Below, piece by piece: positions 52,945-61,223 of a DNA stretch of 64,000 nucleotides. The notes below the pieces were generated by a model. The model was not told the origin of the DNA. It did not search any database and saw only the letters and a list, made by a program, of their open reading frames with translations. This DNA is from Nitrospiraceae bacterium (lineage in GTDB: Bacteria; Nitrospirota; Nitrospiria; Nitrospirales; Nitrospiraceae): NCBI GenBank assembly GCA_050246315.1, contig JBFWWG010000003.1:192001-256000 (forward strand). The letters are read 5' to 3'. Each line of letters opens with the position of its first letter. The stretch's first letter is position 1. The position numbers were made by a program, and so were the translations under genes.

Positions 52945-54013
52945 TCTTGTGGCCCGCTCCCCTTGTGAACACGGCCTGGGAGAAGATCGCTCTGCGTAGA
53001 CCCTCCGTGTCGGCATGTTTCGCATGGCCGATCCAGCTCTGAATGGAGGCCACCATCATGGTCCATTCCAGGCGCCCGGTTCGATAGATCTGCGCCATCC
53101 GGCGGAATCGCCGTGCGAACCGATGACCGTTATCGTTCCGGAGCCGACGGTGCTCTGGATAGACGATGTACCCCAGGATATTGAGCCCGTCAACCGTGCG
53201 CGTCACGTGGGCCTTGTTGGGATGGGGTTGGAGCCGGTCGGTGGCAAGCCGCTCACGGACGGCTGCGCGAATGTCGGTCAGTCTGGCTTTATCGTCCCCC
53301 AGCACGACCAAATCATCCACGTAGCGCAGGTAGGGCCGGACGCGCAACCCCTGCTTGATGTAGTGATCCAGGTCGTCCAGGTAGAGATTGGCAAAAAATT
53401 GGCTCGTCAGGTTGCCGATGGGGATGCCCACCCGTCGTTCCCACGGCGTAAAGAGATTATCGCCGGCAAAATAGCATGGCTCGGTCCCCTGTCTTGGAGA
53501 CCCATCGATAATACGATCCAACAGGGCCAGGACGCACCTATCCTTGATACGCCGGCGAAGCTTCGCCTTGAGCAGCTCGTGATCGATGGAGGGGAAGTAC
53601 TGCCGGACGTCCATCTTCAAGACGTACCGATAGGTCTGCGCCCAGGCTTGATAGCGGTCCACCGCCGCATGGACGCCCTTGCCGTGACGGCAGGCATAGG
53701 AGTCGGCAATGAAGGTCCGGTCGAGCGGTGGCTCGATCACGTTCATGACCGCATGGTGCACGACCCGGTCGCGAAACGGTGCGGCGGCAATCACACGCGG
53801 CTTGCGTTCATAAATTGTGAACAGACGGTAGTCATCCGGCCGATAGGTCCCCTCCTGAAGCTCGCGCTGGAGCGACAGTACCTCCCCTTCAAGAGCAAGA
53901 CCAAAATCCGCGACGCCCTGACGACTCCGCTTGCCCCGCCGCGCCTTCCGATAGGCGGCGAGCAAATTCTCAAAACTGACCAGCCGCGGCCACAGTTCCC
54001 CGAGTCGTGTCAT
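52931..54013 (-). CDS. DGR reverse transcriptase
   Basis: 360 aa; FRDRVVHHA, GIPIGNLTSQFFANLYL (DGR-type SQ), YLRYVDD; no maturase or endonuclease domain; coupled to avd by ATGA overlap. Confidence 0.95.
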   Translation of the reverse strand: MTRLGELWPRLVSFENLLAAYRKARRGKRSRQGVADFGLALEGEVLSLQRELQEGTYRPDDYRLFTIYERKPRVIAAAPFRDRVVHHAVMNVIEPPLDRTFIADSYACRHGKGVHAAVDRYQAWAQTYRYVLKMDVRQYFPSIDHELLKAKLRRRIKDRCVLALLDRIIDGSPRQGTEPCYFAGDNLFTPWERRVGIPIGNLTSQFFANLYLDDLDHYIKQGLRVRPYLRYVDDLVVLGDDKARLTDIRAAVRERLATDRLQPHPNKAHVTRTVDGLNILGYIVYPEHRRLRNDNGHRFARRFRRMAQIYRTGRLEWTMMVASIQSWIGHAKHADTEGLRRAIFSQAVFTRGAGHKTASV

Positions 54014-54366
54014 ATGTTTTCTTGAGACGCAGCTCGACTACGGACCCAGCCGCCGATCTGCCGCCCGAGGTCATCAAGGAGTCTCGCTCCATGCTCGTAC
54101 TGCCGGATCGCCATAACTCCTAGTTCGTGGGCCAGCCGCCAGAGGTGGCGCACGACCTCCAGACGCAGATTCGCGCGATGCAACGGCACGTCCTTGTTCC
54201 GCGCATAGGCTGCCTCCACCAACAGCTCCAGCACCTCAAGCAATCCGGCTTCCAACCGCTCGCCCAATGTGAACCGCCGGGCACGGGGGAATTTATCGAG
54301 TTGCGGGATCAGCCACAGAAGCAAGTCATGACAGGATTGGACAGCTTGGGGGAGGCTGGTCGTCAT
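54010..54366 (-). CDS. avd: DGR accessory variability determinant (Avd, four-helix bundle)
   Basis: 118 aa; KFPRARRFTLGERL...GRQIGGW; immediately upstream of the RT. Confidence 0.9.
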   Translation of the reverse strand: MTTSLPQAVQSCHDLLLWLIPQLDKFPRARRFTLGERLEAGLLEVLELLVEAAYARNKDVPLHRANLRLEVVRHLWRLAHELGVMAIRQYEHGARLLDDLGRQIGGWVRSRAASQENI

Positions 54367-54401
54367 GTGCCGTCAACCTGAGCCGTTTAGGATTTCTCTG
54401 A

Positions 54402-54438
54402 CCGGCCCTCGCCCGATGTCGAATCGGGCGAGGGCCGG
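54402..54438. other. DGR target-recognition hairpin/cruciform downstream of VR
   Basis: Perfect 16-bp stem CCGGCCCTCGCCCGAT / ATCGGGCGAGGGCCGG with a 5-nt loop, 45 nt after the target stop codon. Confidence 0.8.
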
Positions 54439-54482
54439 CCTCTTTCGGAAGTGTAAAGGGTAAAAGGACAAAGGATAAAGGG

Positions 54483-56402
54483 TTATTCGGTCATGTCCTG
54501 GACAAGACGGAATCCCAGGTTGCCGTCCCGGAAGTCGGCATTGACCCCGTTCCGGTTCGACGCACGGAGGAGCTCCGGCCTGTCGACCCAGGACCCGCCG
54601 CGGAGCACACGCCGGCCGCAATCGCCTTTGCCCCCCTCGAGCCAAGCAGAGCCATCAGTCGGCGCCCCTTGATAATCATCGTGCCAGCAATCCTCCACCC
54701 ATTCCCACACATTCCCGCTCATATCATGCAGCTCAAAACTGTTTTTTGTCTTCTGCCCAACAGGGTCGGTGCGATCGGTGCCGTAGACTGCGTAATCCTT
54801 CAATTCTTGCGGTGACGAGGCTCCAGCCCACTTGTTGTTCTTCTCTCTGCCTCGCGCCGCATACTCCCACTCGGATTCGGTCGGAAGTCGATAGGCGTTC
54901 CCTGTTGCCCTGGACAGCCACTTGGCATAGTCTTTCGCCTCACCCCACGAGACATAGATCACGGGCCGTCTGTCACGACCCCAGCCTGCATCCCCTGGTC
55001 GCTGCCCACCTGCCAATTCCAGATACCGGTCATACTCTTCAAAGGTCACTTCGTATCTGCCCATCTTAAACCCATTGATCCGGACTTGGTGTTTCTCATC
55101 GTCACCCTGTTCATAGGTGCCTTCAGGAATCTCCACCATGGCTGGCTTAGCGACCTGCACAACACCAGAGCGAACCAGGAGACTGGATCCGACATATCGA
55201 ATCTCTTTCCACAGAAAAGCGACTGGCAAGCCAACCAGCGCCAGGATGAGGCCGGCACTTAAAAGCTGTACCGTGTGCTTCGCTCGGCGTTCATTCCAAC
55301 CCTGAATCCAATGCGCCACCTGCCCGACGAGATAATCATGCTTGAATTCGTACCAGTCTGTTCCTTGACGCTCTTCGTGGCGAAGGACTCCATTACCGGC
55401 AAGACTTGTGAGGATAGTCCGTATCCGCTGGTCGTTGGAGACGCGTAAGGTATCCCTTAGGTCTTCGATGGGTCGATAGCGTTTCGTATTATCGGGCGTC
55501 TTCAGTGCGTTAAGAATGCGGACCATTAACGGTTTCTGCGTCCGAGGCATCGAGTTCAATGGCTCGAACACGCTCTTCTCGAGTATGTCTTTGGCTTTCC
55601 CACATGCCTCATAGTCCGCAGGCGTGATTGCGCCTCCTCCTTGCGGCTGTCTTCTCTGAAACTCTCTCCACAGAGTCCAGCAGACAATTTGGAGTTTGAT
55701 CGGCGCAACTCTGCCTGATCCATCCTTCAGGTCTTCGATAAGCCGATCCACAAGGTCCGATTCATAGTCATACCCGACGACTCTCACAGGCATCTCAATC
55801 GCGCGACGCGCCTCTTGCGTTGCTAACGAGGTCAGCCGGACATTCGCATTGTTTTGAAAGATCGACGGGATGACCTCCCTGAACTCGTGCAGGTCGGCGA
55901 AGTAATCCTCACGGAGAGACAGCACGAGGAACACAGGAAGCTGCTCGTCGTATCGGACGAGCGCGACCTGACGAATAAACTCTTCCCTTAACTTTGGACT
56001 CTCACGGAAGACGATGAAAAATTCTTCAAACTGGTCGACAAAGACGACGAGTCGAATTTTCCTATCTTCGACGATTTTCGTGAGAAACCCATGGAGTTCC
56101 TTAGGCTGTCCGTCGACATTGAGTTCCTTCGACACGGCATCTTGGATCGAGGTGACGGGATTGCTTTCCAGTCTGGTATGGATGGTCTTATAGCCGAGCT
56201 TTTCGAGTTCCGGCCTGACCCCTGCGTTGATCAAGGACGTCTTGCCTGAGCCGGAAGGAGAAAATAAGACGAGCAGCCGTGAGGAAAGCACCTCGCCAAC
56301 CATTTTTTGAACTTCCTGCTCCCGTCCAAAAAACAAGTCCGCATCCTCAAGGCGGTAGTAATCCAGATATCGATAGGGAGACCTGACGGGTGTATCGTTC
56401 AC
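54483..56402 (-). CDS. DGR target: STAND-type (nSTAND1-like) NTPase + TM + FGE-sulfatase/CLec domain
   Basis: SPYRYLDYY..FFGRE, Walker A SPSGSGKT, Walker B VFVDQFEE, LSLREDY, YEFKHD; TM LLSAGLILALVGLPVAFLW; FGE motifs RLPTESEWEYAARG, DMSGNVWEW, RGGSW, GFRLV. Confidence 0.92.
   Translation of the reverse strand: MNDTPVRSPYRYLDYYRLEDADLFFGREQEVQKMVGEVLSSRLLVLFSPSGSGKTSLINAGVRPELEKLGYKTIHTRLESNPVTSIQDAVSKELNVDGQPKELHGFLTKIVEDRKIRLVVFVDQFEEFFIVFRESPKLREEFIRQVALVRYDEQLPVFLVLSLREDYFADLHEFREVIPSIFQNNANVRLTSLATQEARRAIEMPVRVVGYDYESDLVDRLIEDLKDGSGRVAPIKLQIVCWTLWREFQRRQPQGGGAITPADYEACGKAKDILEKSVFEPLNSMPRTQKPLMVRILNALKTPDNTKRYRPIEDLRDTLRVSNDQRIRTILTSLAGNGVLRHEERQGTDWYEFKHDYLVGQVAHWIQGWNERRAKHTVQLLSAGLILALVGLPVAFLWKEIRYVGSSLLVRSGVVQVAKPAMVEIPEGTYEQGDDEKHQVRINGFKMGRYEVTFEEYDRYLELAGGQRPGDAGWGRDRRPVIYVSWGEAKDYAKWLSRATGNAYRLPTESEWEYAARGREKNNKWAGASSPQELKDYAVYGTDRTDPVGQKTKNSFELHDMSGNVWEWVEDCWHDDYQGAPTDGSAWLEGGKGDCGRRVLRGGSWVDRPELLRASNRNGVNADFRDGNLGFRLVQDMTE
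54498..54618 (-). repeat. DGR variable repeat (VR)
   Basis: Encodes GRRVLRGGSWVDRPELLRASNRNGVNADFRDGNLGFRLVQ versus TR GQRVIRGGSWNNKPENLRASNRNRNNADNRNNNLGFRLVQ. Confidence 0.96.
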
Positions 56403-57283
56403 GGGGTCCTACGAATTCCGAGTTGGGGAACGTCGAGGGTAAACTTCACGGCAACTTTTCTGGCAAATTCGGTTAGGTCTTCGTCGAAGATCTGTATATT
56501 TCGTCGCAACCAGTATGATCGAATGAAATGCGACGGGCTCTTCATGAGGGCATAGGCCGTGATGGCTCTTGATCTCGCGGTTTGCGTGGAGAGCACCCCC
56601 TCCCAGATCACGCGAAAGTTCCAATCTTCGAGACTGTATCCCAGGAACAAGAGACTGCATTGTGGGATTACTTGCTTGCGGAAATATTCAGGCATTCCCT
56701 TATCGATGTCGGTCAGATTTGCCAAGTATTGAATGTAGTCCGATTGGGTAATGACAAGACTTTCGGGATCTTCGATCGTGCCATGCATCTTATGCATAAC
56801 GAGTTCTCGGTCGCGAAACTGGAATGGCCCCCTAAAATGACCGGTCCTTGGATCCAGCGGCTTATGGACATGCTTGGTCAGAATCCGACCTTGTGACGTA
56901 AGTGCAGTCTCCAAAAGCGTGTCGTAATTTGATGTCAGAATGATCTTGATGTGGTTCAGTTGGGAGAGCACAGTGTGGATGGGCCGTGGCTGACAAGGTA
57001 CCTGAAGCTGCTGCTGCAAAGCGCTTTCCAGCGGCTGTCTGTTGCCTCCATGGAAATAGACATGGTGCTCAGCGACTTTGGCAAGATCATAGGCCCCGTT
57101 TGCATATTGGCACTGTGCAGCTAAGACCTTTGCCAGCTCACCTCCGGTAGGAAGACCAGGATTCTGCGCTCCGTCTGTCCCAGGGTAAGCCGTGCAGGCG
57201 CCCGCACCCAGGAATACCACGCATTGTTGAGATTCAAGGGCGGTGAAGATGATGCTGAGATCCTGGTCAGCCAGCCCATTCAT
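56399..57283 (-). CDS. SIR2-like domain protein (candidate NADase)
   Basis: VFLGAGA, LPTG, TSNYD, KMHG, LFLGYSLEDWN; its stop overlaps the GTG start of the DGR target. Confidence 0.88.
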   Translation of the reverse strand: MNGLADQDLSIIFTALESQQCVVFLGAGACTAYPGTDGAQNPGLPTGGELAKVLAAQCQYANGAYDLAKVAEHHVYFHGGNRQPLESALQQQLQVPCQPRPIHTVLSQLNHIKIILTSNYDTLLETALTSQGRILTKHVHKPLDPRTGHFRGPFQFRDRELVMHKMHGTIEDPESLVITQSDYIQYLANLTDIDKGMPEYFRKQVIPQCSLLFLGYSLEDWNFRVIWEGVLSTQTARSRAITAYALMKSPSHFIRSYWLRRNIQIFDEDLTEFARKVAVKFTLDVPQLGIRRTP

Positions 57284-57757
57284 CACGGGACTCGCAACGG
57301 CTCTCGTTCGGTGAATCTGCTTTGGTTTTCATTGGGGGCATTGGAGATAGCTGTAGATGAGGCTGGACGAGTCGCTGGAGCAACTGAACGGCTGTCCCCA
57401 CACCAGCACCTCACAGATATGAGGTACGATCATTTCATACCACTGTGGCCAGCGCGTAGGCAGGTCAACGAATTATCTGCATCTGCCGATTGGGAGTCAA
57501 GCCAGCCGACTCATGGTTTCGACGAAATACATGTATTTCCGAAAGGTGACACGGTCGATCGGACGGGTCGTGCGGTCCAATGCCATTCTTAGTAGAATTT
57601 GCGAAGCGGTTTCCACCGTGAGCCCTGTCCAATTCTCCTCCTCACGAGGGTTCTCGGACGTGGGAGTAAACAGGGTAGTAAGAATGGGATATTCTGATTT
57701 TCTGACCGTGACCATTCGCTGTTCGTCTCCGGCAAACTAGAATGTCCTCAAGTTAGC

Positions 57758-57914
57758 CGGCTGGAACGGATGCGCGGTGAGGTTGGAGCGACGGCAGGAC
57801 CTGCCGTGATAGAGACGGGCGGTCACTGTTCGCGGCATCATGGCGCGACCGAACCCGTGCACCATTCGTCAGCCGACCACCTTTAGTCTTCCAGCGTCGA
57901 AATATCCCCCGCGT
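57758..57914 (+). repeat. Direct repeat copy A containing a duplicate of the acs 3' end
   Basis: 57828-57914 matches 59085-59171 ungapped (10 mismatches in 87 nt); both copies also begin with CGGCTGGAACGGATGCGCGG. Confidence 0.85.
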
Positions 57915-58028
57915 ACGGGCCTTGGCCTCAGCAGGTGATTCAGCAAGTGCCCGTGACTCCACCGGCGGCTTCACGATAGTTGCATTTTTGCAATTGTTGT
58001 CGGATAGTGAATGTTAGGAGAACGGAGT

Positions 58029-58235
58029 ATGAAATTCACGGTCACCATTACGCGAGACGAAGACGGGATGTTCATTTCCGAATGCCCGGCTATTCCAGGC
58101 TGCGTCAGTCAAGGCAAGACGGAAGAGGAAGCGCAGTCGAACATTCAGGACGCCATCAAACAATGTTTGGAAGTCCGTGCTGAGATGGGCATGCCGCTCA
58201 CCATCACCACACGCCAAGTCGAAGTTCCGGTGTAA
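58029..58235 (+). CDS. hicB: HicB-family antitoxin
   Basis: DEDG..ECPAIPGCVSQGKTEEEA..NIQDAI. Confidence 0.9.
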   Translation: MKFTVTITRDEDGMFISECPAIPGCVSQGKTEEEAQSNIQDAIKQCLEVRAEMGMPLTITTRQVEVPV

Positions 58236-58465
58236 TGCCGCCTCCTCCTGTTCTTTCTCCCGCAGCAGTCATCAAGACCTTCGAGCGACTCGGTTGGCGA
58301 GTGGTTCGACAGAAAGGCAGTCATATCATCATGACAAAATCCGGCCACATTGCCACCCTGTCGATTCCTAATCATTCAGAAGTTGCGCGAGGCACGCTTC
58401 GCACCCTGATCTCCAGAGCAGGGTTGACGGTGGAACAGTTTATCGAAGTCCTACAGAGGGACTGA
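58235..58465 (+). CDS. hicA: HicA-family toxin
   Basis: LGW..RQKGSHIIM..IPNH..GTLRTLI; TAATG overlap with hicB. Confidence 0.9.
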   Translation: MPPPPVLSPAAVIKTFERLGWRVVRQKGSHIIMTKSGHIATLSIPNHSEVARGTLRTLISRAGLTVEQFIEVLQRD

Positions 58466-58551
58466 GCGGTAAGCCCGCCGGCTGAATGGGTCATAGGAAG
58501 GGTGGCCAAATCGGAGGCAGACATATGGCTAACCGAATTCGGAAGCTCCAA

Positions 58552-58800
58552 ATGAAGGAAGTTCCGCTTTCTGAGGTGAAGGATGATCTGTCGCACCTGC
58601 TTCGCGAGGCAGAGAAGCAGGAGATCGTGATTACCCGGTATGGCAAACCTGCCGGGGTCCTGATCGGATTCAAGTCCGAAGACGACTGGTTCGATTATCC
58701 ACTTGAGAACGACCCACGGTTCCTTCGGCGTATCGAGGCCGCGCGGGAAAGTTTGCGCACAGGCCGCGGCGTCAAGCTCGAAGATGTAAAGGGACGGTGA
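58552..58800 (+). CDS. Phd/YefM-family antitoxin (orphan)
   Basis: MKEVPLSEVKDDLSHLLREAEKQEIVITRYGKPAGVL; alternative start at 58525. Confidence 0.85.
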   Translation: MKEVPLSEVKDDLSHLLREAEKQEIVITRYGKPAGVLIGFKSEDDWFDYPLENDPRFLRRIEAARESLRTGRGVKLEDVKGR

Positions 58801-58933
58801 GCGGGTGGGGGAATCTCGATTGCGCCCATCGAACGAGCACTGCCCGACACTGACAATTCAAATTGATCCCGCCGGCGCGTTCTGGGAACAAAGAATAGGC
58901 ACACTTCCTCGTCCAAGCTTGCTGATGTTTTCT

Positions 58934-59171
58934 CGGCTGGAACGGATGCGCGGGGAGGGCGGCGCCATGGCAGAGGGTGCCGCTCGGCCAGCCTCAGCAA
59001 TCCCGAGCGCGACGACATGCGACGCCGCGTCGCAGTTTTATAGGAGCACTCGGCTAGACAGAAAAACACGCAAGAGCCGTCCAGGTTCGCTGCATCATGG
59101 CGCGACCGAACCCGCGCGCCGTTCGCCAGCCGACTGCCCTTAGTCTTCCAACGTCGAAATATCTCCCGCGT
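58934..59171 (+). repeat. Direct repeat copy B including the true acs 3' end
   Basis: Partner of 57758-57914; offset 1257 bp in the colinear part. Confidence 0.85.
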
Positions 59172-61032
59172 CCTGGCCCAACTCCTTCGCCTTCAGCACA
59201 CGGCGCATGATCTTGCCCGACCGCGTCTTGGGCAGCGAGGGTACAATATCGATCTCTGCCGGCACCGCGATCTTGCCCAACTCGGTCAGCACGTGGTTCT
59301 TGAGCGACTGAATCAGGTCCGTACTGTCCTGGTGTCCGTGCTTCAGAATCACGAAGGCCTTGATCGATTCGCCGACGGTTGCATGCGGCTTGCCGATGAC
59401 CGCCGCTTCCGCCACGGCCGGATGGCTCACGAGCGCGCTTTCCACTTCCGCCGTGCCGATCCGGTTGCCGGCCACCTTGATCACGTCGTCGGCCCGGCCC
59501 ATGAACCAGAGATACCCGTCTTCATCTTTCCGGCAGACATCGCCCGCGGTGTAGCAATTGGGAATGGTGTTCCAGTAGACCTTGTAGCGGTCCGGGTCTT
59601 TGTAGATCGTCCGCATCATGGCCGGCCAAGGTTTCTTCACCACGGCAAAGCCGCCGGCATTGGCCGGCAGGCTCTTTCCCTCCCGGTCCACGACATCCGC
59701 CTCTACTCCTAGAAACGGCCTCGTCGCCGAGCCAGGTTTGAGCGGCACGGAGGGGAGGGGCGTCACCAGAATCATGCCGGTCTCCGTCTGCCACCAGGTG
59801 TCCATGATCGGCTTGTCGCCGCCCGTCACGCGATGGAACCATTCCCAGGCTTCGGGGTTGATCGGTTCGCCCACGCTGCCGAGCACCCGCAGGCTGGCGA
59901 GGTCGTACTTTCTCGGCCAGTCCTCTCCATAGCGCATGAGCAATCGAATCGCCGTCGGCGTCGTATAAAACACCGTGACGCCGTAGCGGGCAATGATGTC
60001 CCACCAGCGGCCGGGGTTCGGATAATCCGGCTTGCCCTCGGCCGTCAGGATCGTGGCGCCGTTCAAGAGCGGTCCATAGACGATGTAACTGTGTCCCGTG
60101 ACCCAGCCCGGGTCGGCCACGCAGAAATAGAGATCGTCCTCTTTCAGATTGAACACGTACTTCGTCGTCAAGTAGGTCCCGACCATGTAGCCGCCGTGCA
60201 CATGGACGACACCCTTCGGCTTGCCGGTTGTGCCGGAGGTATAAAGAATGTACAGCGGGGTTTCCGAATCGAGTGGCTCGGCTTCGCAGACCGCAGGCTG
60301 ATCCCTCAGCCAGTCCTCCCAATCGATTTCCTTGGGCGCGGCGAGTGGCCCGCCGGGTTTCTCGCGTCGGACCACCACCACGTGCTCGACGGTCCGGCAG
60401 TGGGCCACCGCCTGATCGACGACCGGCTTCAGTTGAATCACCTTGGCTCGGTCGTACCCGACATCCGCCGTGATCACCAGTCGCGACTCGGCATCCTGAA
60501 TGCGACTTTCAAGGGCCGGCGCGCTGAAGCCGGAATAGACCACGCTATGGATCAAACCGAGACGCGCACAGGCCAGCATCGCGACCATTTGTTCGGGAAT
60601 CTTCGGCAGATAGATCGTGACCCGATCGCCCTTCCGCAACCCAAGCGCTTTGAGCGCGTTCGCGCAACGGCAGACCTGGCGATACAGCTCGGCATAGGTG
60701 AAAATGCGCTCCTCGCCCTTTTCGCCGACCCAAATAAGGGCGACCTTGTGGCGACGCCAGGTTTTGACGTGGCGATCGAGGCAGTTGTACGCCATGTTGC
60801 AGGTCCCGCCGACGAACCATTGGGCCCAGGGATACTTCCATTCCAACACCTGCTTCCAGGGAGTGAACCAGTCGAGTTCCTTGGCCGCCTGCTCCCAAAA
60901 GGCCTCGGGGTTCTGGATCGACAGCCGATAGGCTGTCTCGTAGTCCGGGATGTAGGTCGAGGCGACGGTTTCGTGATTCGGTCGGTAGACGCGGGCTTCC
61001 TTCAACAGCGTATCCACTTTATCGTCGGCCAT
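59140..61032 (-). CDS. acs: Acetyl-CoA synthetase
   Basis: YTSGTTGKPKG, DTWWQTETG, PKTRSGKIMRR. Confidence 0.96.
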   Translation of the reverse strand: MADDKVDTLLKEARVYRPNHETVASTYIPDYETAYRLSIQNPEAFWEQAAKELDWFTPWKQVLEWKYPWAQWFVGGTCNMAYNCLDRHVKTWRRHKVALIWVGEKGEERIFTYAELYRQVCRCANALKALGLRKGDRVTIYLPKIPEQMVAMLACARLGLIHSVVYSGFSAPALESRIQDAESRLVITADVGYDRAKVIQLKPVVDQAVAHCRTVEHVVVVRREKPGGPLAAPKEIDWEDWLRDQPAVCEAEPLDSETPLYILYTSGTTGKPKGVVHVHGGYMVGTYLTTKYVFNLKEDDLYFCVADPGWVTGHSYIVYGPLLNGATILTAEGKPDYPNPGRWWDIIARYGVTVFYTTPTAIRLLMRYGEDWPRKYDLASLRVLGSVGEPINPEAWEWFHRVTGGDKPIMDTWWQTETGMILVTPLPSVPLKPGSATRPFLGVEADVVDREGKSLPANAGGFAVVKKPWPAMMRTIYKDPDRYKVYWNTIPNCYTAGDVCRKDEDGYLWFMGRADDVIKVAGNRIGTAEVESALVSHPAVAEAAVIGKPHATVGESIKAFVILKHGHQDSTDLIQSLKNHVLTELGKIAVPAEIDIVPSLPKTRSGKIMRRVLKAKELGQDAGDISTLED

Positions 61033-61223
61033 TCCTTGCTCCTTCGCCTGTGTGAGGGATTCTAAAACCCCTGCCGCTGCCACACCAGAACGGCGACATT
61101 ATGGGCAACGACTCGACACAGCGCAACCCCGTGGGCATCGAATGATCTGCGTCTGCGTCCACGGCACTGAATGCCACGGAGCTTTCTTGACAGGCCATCA
61201 GGGCGAAGAGTAGGTTACCTCAA

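Noticed and set aside
52635..53066. 143-aa ORF containing FGE-like RGGSW...GFRLV
   Set aside because: This is the translation of the template repeat; the flanks are not protein-like and it overlaps the RT gene.
52931..54013. RT as a group II intron or retron enzyme
   Set aside because: It has the SQ motif, lacks maturase and endonuclease domains and the retron VTG motif, and sits beside avd and a TR/VR pair, which identifies a DGR.
57290..57715. Additional gene upstream of SIR2
   Set aside because: Only short frames are present (57497-57715, and a 49-codon frame ending at the SIR2 start) with no recognisable motif; possibly a remnant but not supportable.
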